A DNA stretch of 57,016 bases from Armatimonadia bacterium (GTDB taxonomy: Bacteria > Armatimonadota > Zipacnadia > Zipacnadales > UBA11051), in NCBI GenBank assembly GCA_039683575.1, contig JBDKRC010000039.1, positions 1 to 57,016 on the forward strand, in the 5' to 3' direction. Below the pieces are notes generated by a model. The model saw only the letters and a program-made list of their open reading frames with translations, did no database searches and was not told the DNA's origin. The position numbers were made by a program, and so were the translations under genes. Positions 21,601 through 30,580 of the stretch are shown piece by piece. Numbering within the stretch: position 1 is the first letter of the stretch; every line of letters starts with the position of its first letter.

Positions 21601-22076
21601 AGGTCGTTAGCCAGTCGTTGTCGGGCATCCTCCGGCAGGCAGCCTGCTCGCCAGAGACCCCGCCACAGGAACGCGACGCCCACCACCACGAATGGGTCCA
21701 GAAAGCCGTAGAAGCCGCTCTGACGGACGAGAACCTAACGGGCGGGGCATTGGGTCCCCCGCGGAGCATTCGGCGCCGTACGTATGAACGGATGAAAGCG
21801 TATTTCGACCGTTCGCGAGGCACCCTATTCGCCACCGAAGCGCTAGAGCGTGCCATCAGCGCCATCTACGCCTATCAGTTGACGCCGAGGGCCCGAGAGA
21901 CACTCGGACGCCAACTCCGCCTCGGCGTGAGTGATGAGACGCTGGGCGACATCGCCACTTCGTTGCACGAGGACGAGCGGCTGGTGTTCGTGGAGGAAGC
22001 GCAGGAAGTGCAAGAGCCGGACATTGTCTGCTCGATTGGACTGAAGGAAGTGCAGGGGGACAGCGATGCCCATTGA
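18693..22076 (+). CDS. PLD nuclease-SNF2-like helicase fusion (restriction subunit-like)
   Basis: HAKLY...GSSNLT (PLD); DVVGLGKT, VIDESH, TATP, SEGQNLQ and QRAGRVDRIGQ (SF2/SNF2). Confidence 0.88.
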   Translation: MPNIYDNLEAQLLPALREAMADAQSADFCVGYFNLRGWQHLADLAERFSGADDGCCRILVGMQKPPEDQMREAYRAIRKEQPLDAPTIAHLRKQASESFRMQLAFGIPTNQAEAALKRLAEHLRAGKVRVKLFLEHALHAKLYLVHRPDTIAHLLGFVGSSNLTQSGLLENGELNVDVLEQDAAHKLHAWFHKHWDNRYSFDISEELAQLIEESWAAAEMVRPYLVYLKMVYHLSQDARVGEKEFKLPRDLQGTLLTFQTAAVSLAARHLHARGGVLLGDVVGLGKTFMAVAVARILQEDEGGDTLIICPPNLQQMWQEYVHDYKLIARVLPISKVQDELPEMRRYRLLVIDESHNLRNRDGARYAAIRDYIERNEPRCLLVTATPYNKAYLDLSNQLRLFIEERRDLGVRPEKYFQEYDEADFAAEYQASPRSLRAFEESEHADDWRDLMRLYMVRRTRRFIIDNYAEFDAERDRYFVLFPDGSKSYFPKRNPHNLKFKLNDDDPSDQYARLYRQDVVDIINWLDLPRYGLAQYLDLNECQRATAAEAKIIQDLGRAGRRLMGFCRTNLFKRLESSGDSFLLSLRRHVLRNMIVLHALQNGLPVPIGTQDVALLDTATTDADQVAEQEVLDLMDDDEAALEAPSGPCDGLEWYGRRAAELYDIYRTELKRRFRWLPTKYFGKALADHLHGDAKAICGILKDAGEWDPQRDAKLEALEELLSRRHGMDKVLIFTQFADTAVYLARQLRERGFDDLAAVTGASDNPTLLARRFSPRSNNYTIKPHEAELRALIATDVLSEGQNLQDCHVVVNYDLPWAIIRLVQRAGRVDRIGQEHDTIQVYSFLPADGVERIIRLHTRLRQRLMENNEVVGSDEQFFDEQYENKLKDLYTERSGVLDDLDDDNEVDLASMALQVWNSASESDQKAALVLPHMVNATRAHEPTDESPAGVLVYLRTPEQNDALVRVNTAGEVVSQSLSGILRQAACSPETPPQERDAHHHEWVQKAVEAALTDENLTGGALGPPRSIRRRTYERMKAYFDRSRGTLFATEALERAISAIYAYQLTPRARETLGRQLRLGVSDETLGDIATSLHEDERLVFVEEAQEVQEPDIVCSIGLKEVQGDSDAH

Positions 22077-25000
22077 CACCCAACATGCCCGCACGCTGCT
22101 CAAGCAGTTCGACCTCCAGCGCTTGTTCGTTGAGGAGTTGAACTGGGCCAACCCACAGCGGGCGCCGATGACGGTCCAGCACGACGGCCAGCGCTACCAT
22201 CTCACCCCCCAAGCGGAGCAGGGCGGCTTCGTGCTGTTCACGGTAGACAAGTGCCCCGGCGACGGGCTTCCCGACCGCAACACCCGCCTCGCCATCCACA
22301 AGCAGCTTCTGGACCGCGCTCAGGAGCACATACTCGTTTTCATCAACGAGCCGCGCAAGGCATCGGTCTGGATGTGGGTCGAGCGGGAAGGCGGCAGGCG
22401 CAAGGCCGTCTATGAGCACCGCTACCACGTCGAGCAGCCGGGCGACAGTCTCCTGCAGAAGCTCACCGGCCTTGCCTTCGAGTGGTCAGAGCTGGACGAG
22501 GAGGGCAAGGCCTCCATCATCCAGGTGACCGACCGGGTGCGGGCCAACCTCGCAACGGAGCGCGTCACCAAGCGCTTCTACGACGAGTTCCAGAAGCAGC
22601 ATGGCAGCTTCCTGAAGTTCATCAAGGGCATCGAGACCATCCGCGACCGCGAGTGGTATGCCTCCATCATGCTCAACCGGCTCATGTTCGTCTACTTCGT
22701 CCAGAAGAAGGGCTTCCTGGGCGGAGATACCGGGTACCTGCGAACCCGACTGGCCGACTGCCAGATGCAGCGCATCCCGTACTATGATGGCTTCCTGAAG
22801 ACGCTGTTCTTTCAGGGCTTTGCCTGCAAGCCGGAGGAGCGGACGGCTGACGAGCGGGAGCTACTGGGCGAGGTGCCCTACCTGAACGGCGGCCTGTTCC
22901 TCAAGCACCAGATTGAGGAAGCCAACGAGGGAATCGACATCCCCGACAAGGCCTTCGAGAGCATCTTCCAGTTCTTTGACCGCTACCAGTGGCACCTGGA
23001 TGATAGACCCCTGCGCGCCGACAACGAAATCAACCCGGACGTGCTGGGCTACATCTTCGAGAAGTACATCAACCAGAAGCAGATGGGGGCGTACTACACC
23101 AAGGAAGACATCACCGAATACATCACCAAGAACACGGTGCTGCCTTTCCTGTTCGACAAGGTCAAGAGCTTCTGCCACGACGCTGTCGTCCCTCTGCCCG
23201 TCGCTGACACCGAGCCCTACATCCACGATGCAGTCAAGCAGGGCGTGGACCTGGAGCTTCCGCCCAGCATCGCTGCCGGCCTGGATGATGTCTCCCAGCG
23301 CGGCGACTGGAACCGGCGCGCCGATGACGACTATGCTCTACCGACTGAAACCTGGCGCGAGCACATCGCCCGGCGCAAGCGCTACCAGCAGATATTCGAT
23401 GACTTCGCCGGCGGTCGCATCACCACCGTCAACGACTTCATCACCTACAACCTCGACATCATCAAGTTCACCGATGACTTCATCAGCGAGACTCAGGACC
23501 CGCTGGTCGTCAACGCTTTCTACTTCAACTGCCTGAAGACGGTTACGGTGCTCGACCCCACCTGCGGCTCGGGCGCCTTCCTGTTCGCGGCGCTCAACAT
23601 CCTGGAGCCGCTCTACGAGCGCTGCCTGCAGCGCATGGAGGAGTTCCTGGCCCGCAAGCAGCGCCACCCTCAATGGGCGCAACCGTTCGAGCAGGAACTC
23701 AAGCGCGTGGACGCCCACCCCTCGCGCCGGTACTTCATCTACAAGTCCATCATCGTCAGCAATCTCTATGGCGTGGACATCATGGAGGAAGCGGTCGAAA
23801 TTTGCAAACTGCGGCTCTTCCTGAAGCTGGTGGCGCAGGTCGAGGACGTGGCGCAGATTGAGCCGTTGCCGGACATTGACTTCAACATCCGCGCCGGCAA
23901 CACGTTGGTGGGCTACGCCTCGCTGGAGGAGATTGAGCAGGCGAAGGCCCAGACCATGGATTTCAGCGGTGGAAACATCAAACAGCGTGCGCTGGCCTTG
24001 TCGAGCATGCTGAGGGAGTTTCGCGAATCTCAGCTAATGACGGAGGCCAGCGCCCAGCTACTTCGCGATTCAAAAGCGGTCATTCGACGCGAGCAGCGGG
24101 CTCTGGAGGATGAACTGAACGAGGACCTTCGTGCACAGTACGGCGCCAGGAACGCGGCGAGGTTCGTTGCATCACACCGTCCCTTCCACTGGTTCGTCGA
24201 GTTTACGACCATCATGGTCGGCGGAGGGTTCGATGTCATCATTGGCAACCCGCCTTACGTGGAATACGCCAAAGTCAAGACAGAATACGCAGTGCGCGGA
24301 TATGCAACAGAGGCATGCGGCAACCTCTATGCCTTCGTCGCTGAACGCTGCCTCAGACTGGTCCAGGCGGAGGGAAGACTGGGCCTAATAGTGCCTCTCA
24401 GTTCGTTCGCAACCGAAAGAATGCAGCCGATGACGAGCGTACTCCGTTCGAGCGCCGACAGCATCTGGCTCTCGAACTACGGCATACGCCCCTCCAAGCT
24501 ATTCGACGGTGTCGAGTTCCGGTTGGCCATCGTAATCACGGACATAGGTCGGCGCCCTGAGACGGAGCAGTTCTCTACTCGTTTCATCCGATGGCACTCG
24601 GAGGAGCGACAGCACTTGCTTGAGGCGCAGAGCTATTGCTCAGTGCGATTTCTGCCACCTGGTCTACCCAGCATCCCAAAGGCGTCGTCCGCCGTGGCGA
24701 TGGGCGTCCTCGAGTCGCTCTTTGCCGCGCCCGAGTGCTACGTGGCAGATGTGGTTCAACGCAACCAGTCGGACTTCCCGGTCTTCTACCAAGAGGCCAC
24801 CAACTACTGGGTAAAGAGCACCAGTCGCGTGCCACTCTATGAGAGGAATGGCGAGCGGCAGGTCGCCGCCCACTCACGTATGCTCTACCCGAGGAAAGCA
24901 CGCACCGCAGAGGCCATCACGGCCATCATGAACAGCTCGACATTCTACGCGTACTTCAACATGCTCACCGACTGCTATCACCTAAGCGACACGGTCGTCC

Positions 25001-25284
25001 GCGCCTTCCCGGTCCCCCAGGGCTTGCTCGACGATGCCAGGTTGTCCTCGTTGGGCGCTGAGCTGATGGACGAACTGGAGGGCGAAGCTGAAGTCGTGAG
25101 CATCACAACGAAGGCTGGTGACAGCATTCGTTACGCGAGCTTCCGTTACGCTTCGGCCAAGCCGACCATGGATGCGATAGACCGGGTGCTGGCGGAGCAC
25201 TACGGCTTCACGGACGAGGAACTGGACTTCATCATCAACTACGACATCAAGTACCGCCTGGGGGCGGATGAGGCCGATGAGTAG
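22066..25284 (+). CDS. Eco57I-like N6-adenine DNA methyltransferase with C-terminal target recognition region
   Basis: YLNGGLF, GAYYT, VLDPTCGSGAF, LYGVDI and FDVIIGNPPY motifs; overlaps the helicase stop. Confidence 0.9.
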   Translation: MPIDTQHARTLLKQFDLQRLFVEELNWANPQRAPMTVQHDGQRYHLTPQAEQGGFVLFTVDKCPGDGLPDRNTRLAIHKQLLDRAQEHILVFINEPRKASVWMWVEREGGRRKAVYEHRYHVEQPGDSLLQKLTGLAFEWSELDEEGKASIIQVTDRVRANLATERVTKRFYDEFQKQHGSFLKFIKGIETIRDREWYASIMLNRLMFVYFVQKKGFLGGDTGYLRTRLADCQMQRIPYYDGFLKTLFFQGFACKPEERTADERELLGEVPYLNGGLFLKHQIEEANEGIDIPDKAFESIFQFFDRYQWHLDDRPLRADNEINPDVLGYIFEKYINQKQMGAYYTKEDITEYITKNTVLPFLFDKVKSFCHDAVVPLPVADTEPYIHDAVKQGVDLELPPSIAAGLDDVSQRGDWNRRADDDYALPTETWREHIARRKRYQQIFDDFAGGRITTVNDFITYNLDIIKFTDDFISETQDPLVVNAFYFNCLKTVTVLDPTCGSGAFLFAALNILEPLYERCLQRMEEFLARKQRHPQWAQPFEQELKRVDAHPSRRYFIYKSIIVSNLYGVDIMEEAVEICKLRLFLKLVAQVEDVAQIEPLPDIDFNIRAGNTLVGYASLEEIEQAKAQTMDFSGGNIKQRALALSSMLREFRESQLMTEASAQLLRDSKAVIRREQRALEDELNEDLRAQYGARNAARFVASHRPFHWFVEFTTIMVGGGFDVIIGNPPYVEYAKVKTEYAVRGYATEACGNLYAFVAERCLRLVQAEGRLGLIVPLSSFATERMQPMTSVLRSSADSIWLSNYGIRPSKLFDGVEFRLAIVITDIGRRPETEQFSTRFIRWHSEERQHLLEAQSYCSVRFLPPGLPSIPKASSAVAMGVLESLFAAPECYVADVVQRNQSDFPVFYQEATNYWVKSTSRVPLYERNGERQVAAHSRMLYPRKARTAEAITAIMNSSTFYAYFNMLTDCYHLSDTVVRAFPVPQGLLDDARLSSLGAELMDELEGEAEVVSITTKAGDSIRYASFRYASAKPTMDAIDRVLAEHYGFTDEELDFIINYDIKYRLGADEADE
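25213..25273 (+). repeat. Methyltransferase 3'-end segment, copy 1 (native)
   Basis: 61 bp identical to 28116-28176; encodes DEELDFIINYDIKYRLGADE. Confidence 0.95.
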
Positions 25285-25337
25285 GCGGTCTCCGTCCTGC
25301 CATAGCACGTTCGAGATGAAGGTGCCGGGTTGAGCCC

Positions 25338-26156
25338 ATGACTACGGCACCGCGGACCGACTCTGAGCTGGCCTATGACCTCTTCATCTCGTACGCAGGC
25401 GAGGACCGGCAATTCGTTGACAGCTTGGCCAGAGAGCTGCAGGACAGGGGGCTGCACGTCTGGTACGACAGGTTCTGTCTGAAGCTCGGTGACAGCATTG
25501 CAGGCGCCATCGACGACGGCCTTGCGCGCTCACGGTACGGCCTGGTGGTGGTCAGCCCAGCATCCCTCGGCAAAGCGTGGCCGCTTCGGGAGTTCCGAGC
25601 AATTCTGCAGCAACACGAGGGGCATCTGCTACCGGTTCTACACTGCATCACTCCCGAGGAAGTGCGCGAACACAGCCCGCTACTGGCCGACAGATTCGCT
25701 GTGAGCACGGTCGAGGGGCTTGAGCGAGTCGTGCAACGAGTCTTGGAGGCCGTACATCCCGAACTCTACGGCGTAAGGGGTCTGGCTCTGGAGATGTTAG
25801 GGAAGCTCGCCGCGTTGGGGGAGTACGTCATTTCGGCTCAACTTGGTCTTGGAAACGATGCCGATGATGAACCGCCGGGCACCATGGAAGACGCTCACGA
25901 AATCATGGGTGCCATTGGAGAAGCGTGCGAGCACATCGCGCGAGCGCACAGTCCCGACGAGGTTATGCGTCTGCTGCGTCGCTGTCAGGTTCGCGTCTTC
26001 AGGGCTGTGGGGTTCCGCCCCCACTGCGTCAAGTGCAGGCGTATCGTGGAAATGCAGAACGCTCGTCAGGTAACCTTCGAAGACGGCACGCCGGGGATGG
26101 AAGGCGTATGTCCGGCGTGTGGAGACGGCGTCATTGTCGTAGGGAAGGCTTGCTGA
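25338..26156 (+). CDS. TIR-domain protein with C-terminal DUF5679-like zinc ribbon
   Basis: YDLFISYAGEDR...VWYD...WPLRE (putative catalytic Glu); C-terminal CVKC...EMQNARQVT...GVCPACG. Confidence 0.85.
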   Translation: MTTAPRTDSELAYDLFISYAGEDRQFVDSLARELQDRGLHVWYDRFCLKLGDSIAGAIDDGLARSRYGLVVVSPASLGKAWPLREFRAILQQHEGHLLPVLHCITPEEVREHSPLLADRFAVSTVEGLERVVQRVLEAVHPELYGVRGLALEMLGKLAALGEYVISAQLGLGNDADDEPPGTMEDAHEIMGAIGEACEHIARAHSPDEVMRLLRRCQVRVFRAVGFRPHCVKCRRIVEMQNARQVTFEDGTPGMEGVCPACGDGVIVVGKAC

Positions 26157-26200
26157 GCGCGCGCAACGGATGCGCGTCGCCGGACCATTGCGTCCACACG

Positions 26201-26247
26201 GAGTTGGGCTCCATTCTCAACTGCAACATCAAGTACCACTTGAGGGC
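26201..26247 (+). repeat. Methyltransferase 3'-end segment, degenerate copy 2
   Basis: 36/47 nt match to the native tail; translates ELGSILNCNIKYHLR versus ELDFIINYDIKYRLG. Confidence 0.75.
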
Positions 26248-26327
26248 CACATTGGCGGGGTGGCGACTACGAACCTCTATCCGCGAATAGCATCGATGGG
26301 AGTACCACAGATTTGAGAGGCGGAGCG

Positions 26328-27173
26328 ATGGGCGCAAGTCCCCATGAACGAAGTGTGCCGACCTATGACCTGTTCATCTCCTACGCAGGAGAGGACCGGG
26401 AGTTTGCCCACCGTCTTGCCTCCGAGCTTACAGACCGTGGACTCCACATTTGGTACGACAAGTTCCGCTTGACTCTCGGCCAAAGCATTGAGGGGGCCAT
26501 CGCCGAAGGGCTAATGCTGTCCAGATATGGTCTGGTGGTCCTCAGTCCACACTCGCTCCGCAAGCCGTGGCCTCTCCGAGAACTCCGGGCTCTCCTCCAC
26601 CAACGCGAGGGCGCGCTACTTCCTGTCTTCCATGGCCTTACGCCTGAGCAGGTAGCCGAGAAAGACCCACTGTTGGCAGACATCTGGGGGGTGAGCACTG
26701 GAGAGGGGTTGGAGTTCGTCGTTGCCCAAGTCCTGGAGCGGATTCGTCCTGGACTTCGGGGGGCCAGGGCGGTGGCGCTACAGGTCATGGCACAGTTGGC
26801 GCAGGAGGGAGAGAGCCTCATCGACGAAGCACTCGACCACTGCGACCTGAAGGGCTATGGGCAACTGAAGTGCACTCTGGAGCAGACAGAAGAGCTGATG
26901 GCGGCGATGGCAGAGGCTGCCGACTGCGTTGCGCGCGCCGAATCACCTGAAGCAGTCACTGAACTGCTGCATGACGTTAATCAGCGCCTCTGGGAACTGG
27001 GGGGCGTGCCCTACTGTGAGCAGTGCGGCGAGCGCATGGAGATGCGCAACCCTCAGCAGTTGACGTTGAAGAGCGGTCTACCTGCGACGCGAGGGACCTG
27101 CCCGCGGTGCGGCACGAGACTTGTCAGAAGGGGCTGGTCCCCTAGCTGCCGGAGACGCTGCGAGCGATTGTGA
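26328..27173 (+). CDS. TIR-domain protein with C-terminal DUF5679-like zinc ribbon (paralogue)
   Basis: YDLFISYAGEDR...WPLRE; YCEQC...EMRNPQQLTLKSGLPATRGTCPRCG. Confidence 0.85.
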   Translation: MGASPHERSVPTYDLFISYAGEDREFAHRLASELTDRGLHIWYDKFRLTLGQSIEGAIAEGLMLSRYGLVVLSPHSLRKPWPLRELRALLHQREGALLPVFHGLTPEQVAEKDPLLADIWGVSTGEGLEFVVAQVLERIRPGLRGARAVALQVMAQLAQEGESLIDEALDHCDLKGYGQLKCTLEQTEELMAAMAEAADCVARAESPEAVTELLHDVNQRLWELGGVPYCEQCGERMEMRNPQQLTLKSGLPATRGTCPRCGTRLVRRGWSPSCRRRCERL

Positions 27174-27317
27174 GTCACAGACATCACGGTCGCCCCCGCG
27201 CGACTTGCGCGGCATCAGGCGCGCGTGGGTCGAGGAGGCGCCGGGCTGGGTAGTACGTGGGACGACCGGTGCTGCCAATGGCTGATTTGCCCAACTACGA
27301 ACGAAGGAGATGACTTC

Positions 27318-28058
27318 ATGCACCGAGTCGCGCACGTTCGTGTCGCAGCCCTAACCGCAGAAGCGATGCCGCCGAAGTATGCGGCCTTCATCGGGCAGCT
27401 ACTGGACGGCATAGATACCGGAGCCACGCTTCCTGACGAGATTGGCATCATGTGGGACACTGATGAGCAAGTCGGGGTCATCAACCGCGTGCTGATGCAC
27501 CGCTGCTACATGGACAGCGACAAGCCACGAGACAGGGGCTGCGCCATCCAGATAGCCCGCTATGCCACGGGCATACCGGGCTTCTTCGAGTTGTGGGCCA
27601 ACGGCGAACTGGAAGGCGCCTATGACGAGGAGGAGTTCCTGCTCAATGCAGGCTCATACTTCGGGGTGGTCGCCCATCACATCGCGGACCTACACACGCC
27701 GGTTCATGTCGGTCGGAAGGTGGACCTCTCGAAGACGACGTTTCGCAGGTCCAGCGATTTCCACAACCGTGTTGATGCAGACATGGACCGAGCCGCCGAG
27801 ACAGTCCAGACCATCCGGCCCTACAAGCCACGGCCGGTTGAGTTGACGAGCGCACACTTCGAACAAGTGGCCCAGCACACGTACGACGACTTCTTCCTCA
27901 AGCTACCAGCCCTCTACGCGGGACAACCAATTCCGTCGGCGCGAGCTGCTTTCCTGGCTCCGTGCGTGGTGAACGCCGCGAAGGTCACAGTTGACACTTG
28001 GGTTGCGATACTTCGGAGTATGAGCCCAGCAGCCAAGGCGAGCATGAACCTGAAGTAG
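27318..28058 (+). CDS. Zinc-dependent phospholipase C / S1-P1 nuclease-like hydrolase
   Basis: N-terminal HRVAH, PD, H, then HHIADLHTPVH and FHNRVD metal-ligand pattern; AAGGAG RBS; no signal peptide. Confidence 0.65.
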   Translation: MHRVAHVRVAALTAEAMPPKYAAFIGQLLDGIDTGATLPDEIGIMWDTDEQVGVINRVLMHRCYMDSDKPRDRGCAIQIARYATGIPGFFELWANGELEGAYDEEEFLLNAGSYFGVVAHHIADLHTPVHVGRKVDLSKTTFRRSSDFHNRVDADMDRAAETVQTIRPYKPRPVELTSAHFEQVAQHTYDDFFLKLPALYAGQPIPSARAAFLAPCVVNAAKVTVDTWVAILRSMSPAAKASMNLK

Positions 28059-28076
28059 GCCAGAGCGCCAGCCACC

Positions 28077-28187
28077 AGCCCACCATCGACGAGACACACC
28101 GGGTGCTGGGGGAGCGACGAGGAACTGGACTTCATCATCAACTACGACATCAAGTACCGCCTGGGGGCGGATGAGGGGGAGGAGTAG
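28077..28187 (+). repeat. Methyltransferase 3'-end segment, copy 3 (non-coding relic)
   Basis: Aligns to 25160-25284 with a 14-nt deletion; exact 61-bp core at 28116-28176; keeps the TAG. Confidence 0.92.
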
Positions 28188-28268
28188 CCGGGGCTTCTGG
28201 GCATATCAGCACCGCTGTCGGTGTATCCTGTGGCACTAGCTGATACTCGTCAATCAGGGAGGATTACT

Positions 28269-29159
28269 ATGGTCGTGCGACTGATTCTGGACACCTGCGC
28301 GGTCCGTAACCACGTGCATCAAGGCACACTGCCAATCGCGGCTCTGAGACAAAACCGTGGCTCAGTCACTGCTTCGCTATATGAGACTACTGCCGTGGAA
28401 CTGATGGATGACCTGTATAACGGGAGCGTAACGTGGCCTGACTGGCGTCAGCGGGTAGAGGAGTTTGATTCCATACTGGACCCCAAGCTCCCGATTCTGT
28501 TGGGCGGCCCAGACTTGGTGTATTTGGCAGGGCTGTCCGCTACGGCTCCCGCCGAGGTGTTCGACGCGACACAGATATCGACAATGCTCTGGCGCATGCT
28601 GCGGCAATCGGCATCAGCGAGCGATTTGGATGCAGGAATAAGGGTCAGCAGCCGTGGCCGACGCTTCCACCTGTCGAATTCAGCCAGCAACACCAAGACT
28701 CTCGTGGATACCGGCAGAGCCTACTGGGTGAACTACCTTACTCATGTAGGGTCGCCTGTGAGCACTCTGAATGCCGAGCGTATTGCGCAGCAGAAGAAGC
28801 CTCTGAAACCTGCCGAGATTCGCAGACTGGTAGAAACGGAGTTGGGTGTAGCATTCCCACCTCTTGCGGGCGACACACAGCGATTGACGCCAGTACTGGA
28901 CGCGTTGACGCGCTTCCTGCATCTCGCTGGCACACCAAACAGCAAGTTCAACCCGCTCTCACCCAAGCGAACGGGCGACTATTTCGATTGGAATCTTCTG
29001 TTCGCACTCGCGCTGGAAAACACCATCATCGTCACGGCTGATAAGCGCATCGCCAAAGCGCTGGACGAGATGAAATCCCCGTCCATGCCTCGCATCGTGG
29101 AGCTAGACAGCTTGGAGAATCATCTGACAAACGGGACGTTGGCATCGCTCATCCAATAG
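28269..29159 (+). CDS. PIN-like domain protein
   Basis: LILDTCAV at the N-terminus, E in TAVEL, and DYFD...IIVTADKR near the C-terminus. Confidence 0.6.
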   Translation: MVVRLILDTCAVRNHVHQGTLPIAALRQNRGSVTASLYETTAVELMDDLYNGSVTWPDWRQRVEEFDSILDPKLPILLGGPDLVYLAGLSATAPAEVFDATQISTMLWRMLRQSASASDLDAGIRVSSRGRRFHLSNSASNTKTLVDTGRAYWVNYLTHVGSPVSTLNAERIAQQKKPLKPAEIRRLVETELGVAFPPLAGDTQRLTPVLDALTRFLHLAGTPNSKFNPLSPKRTGDYFDWNLLFALALENTIIVTADKRIAKALDEMKSPSMPRIVELDSLENHLTNGTLASLIQ

Positions 29160-29381
29160 GGAGCGCAAGCGGGCAAGAGGAGGGCAAGCGTTGGTCTGCG
29201 ACCCCGTCTGCATCCTCACTCAGCCGATGCTAGGAAATCACCAGGCCGAGCATGATGGCCCAGCGTCTGGACGGCACGACAGCAGCCTCGCGAACCTCAG
29301 CGTCGTCGCCGAACGCGGCCTTTTGATGCGCTGTTTGAGGATGGAGAAGATGGAGACCACAGGCGAGAAAGGTGAGATAGC

Positions 29382-30557
29382 ATGGCATCGTTCGCATGGG
29401 AGGACCTGTGCATTCGTCTCAACGATGAAGGACAGAAGGCACGCATGTCCCAGTTGGTGAAGATGCCCGTGAACACACCACCTGCCGTGCAGGTTGCATT
29501 TGTCCATGAGTATGTCCACTATCTTCAATTCACGGCCAGTCTGCCCGCATCACGAGCTCTCATAGGTGTTCTCGGAGTGGCTATCGACTGCGCTGCGCAG
29601 ACCAAGTTCCCTGGGGCGGAGGAAGCAGCGCCCGGCTCCCTTCCCGTCGGCGAGACACTGAGGTTGGCCGCAACTGGTTCGGGAGCCGCCTTCGGTGAAC
29701 TGCCGGCAACCTATGCCATGTTCGACGGGCAGTTGACCGCCCACCTACAGTTGACGCCACAGTGCTACGGCGGCGATGCGATGCCGGGAGAGTTCGTCAA
29801 GTGTTCCGCACCTAGCGCGAACTCTGAACACTGGTTGTGGGCCATAGTGACCCCATGTACGGGCGGCGGCAAGGCGCTCTGGCCCCTGAATGTGGCATTC
29901 TTCACTGAGAGCATGGCTCGCACCATCGACAGATGGTTCGCGCACACGAACAAGCATCCATACAAGAGGCCGGCACACGTCTGGGAGAAGTATGGCTACA
30001 ACGGTGTCCCATGGATATTGGCGCGAGCGTGTCCGCAGTTAGCGAAGGACACAGAGCGCCGAAGACGTGTAGGCGTTGTGATGTCGGAACTGGCGGTGTT
30101 GTCGAGCACCCCGGACCAGAGCTTCAAGTCCATGGTTGACTATCTGGGCGCCATCAAGACCATTCCGCGGCTGAATCGGCTCGCATGTGACCTCAAAGAG
30201 CTCCTCGAATACAAGGGTTTGCTTGACTTCAGTCTGTACCAGACGGAGATACTCGGGTTTCACCAGACGAACGCCGCTCTGTTGATGGACGATGATGAGA
30301 GGAAAGCAGTGTTCGGGCACATCAACCGAGTGTGCGAGGGTGTAACCAAAACGCGTCATGACCCAACATGGTTGGCGAAGAGCAAAGTGGAGTGGACGAG
30401 CGTTGAGGGATGGATGGATGAGTTCTCTCTGCCGGCTGTACTCGCGACCGACGCTTGCCAAGGCGTGCAGCAGGTTGCAGGCAGGACCTGTTCGCCAGAG
30501 TTGTTCAGACTGCTCAAGCACCTCCGCCGAGTGATGACGGGCGTCGAAGCCTGCTGA
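29382..30557 (+). CDS. Hypothetical protein with HExxH metallopeptidase-like motif
   Basis: FVHEYVHYLQ plus a downstream FTESMA candidate third-ligand Glu. Confidence 0.6.
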   Translation: MASFAWEDLCIRLNDEGQKARMSQLVKMPVNTPPAVQVAFVHEYVHYLQFTASLPASRALIGVLGVAIDCAAQTKFPGAEEAAPGSLPVGETLRLAATGSGAAFGELPATYAMFDGQLTAHLQLTPQCYGGDAMPGEFVKCSAPSANSEHWLWAIVTPCTGGGKALWPLNVAFFTESMARTIDRWFAHTNKHPYKRPAHVWEKYGYNGVPWILARACPQLAKDTERRRRVGVVMSELAVLSSTPDQSFKSMVDYLGAIKTIPRLNRLACDLKELLEYKGLLDFSLYQTEILGFHQTNAALLMDDDERKAVFGHINRVCEGVTKTRHDPTWLAKSKVEWTSVEGWMDEFSLPAVLATDACQGVQQVAGRTCSPELFRLLKHLRRVMTGVEAC

Positions 30558-30580
30558 CAGAAGGGATACCGAGGTCGAAT

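Noticed and set aside
18693-25284. Complete DISARM or BREX system
   Set aside because: No drmA/drmB, pglZ or brxC genes are visible.
25160-28187. CRISPR array or integron attC array
   Set aside because: The repeats are coding-derived, non-palindromic, spaced 1-2 kb apart and lack RYYYAAC/GTTRRRY ends; no cas or intact intI gene is seen.
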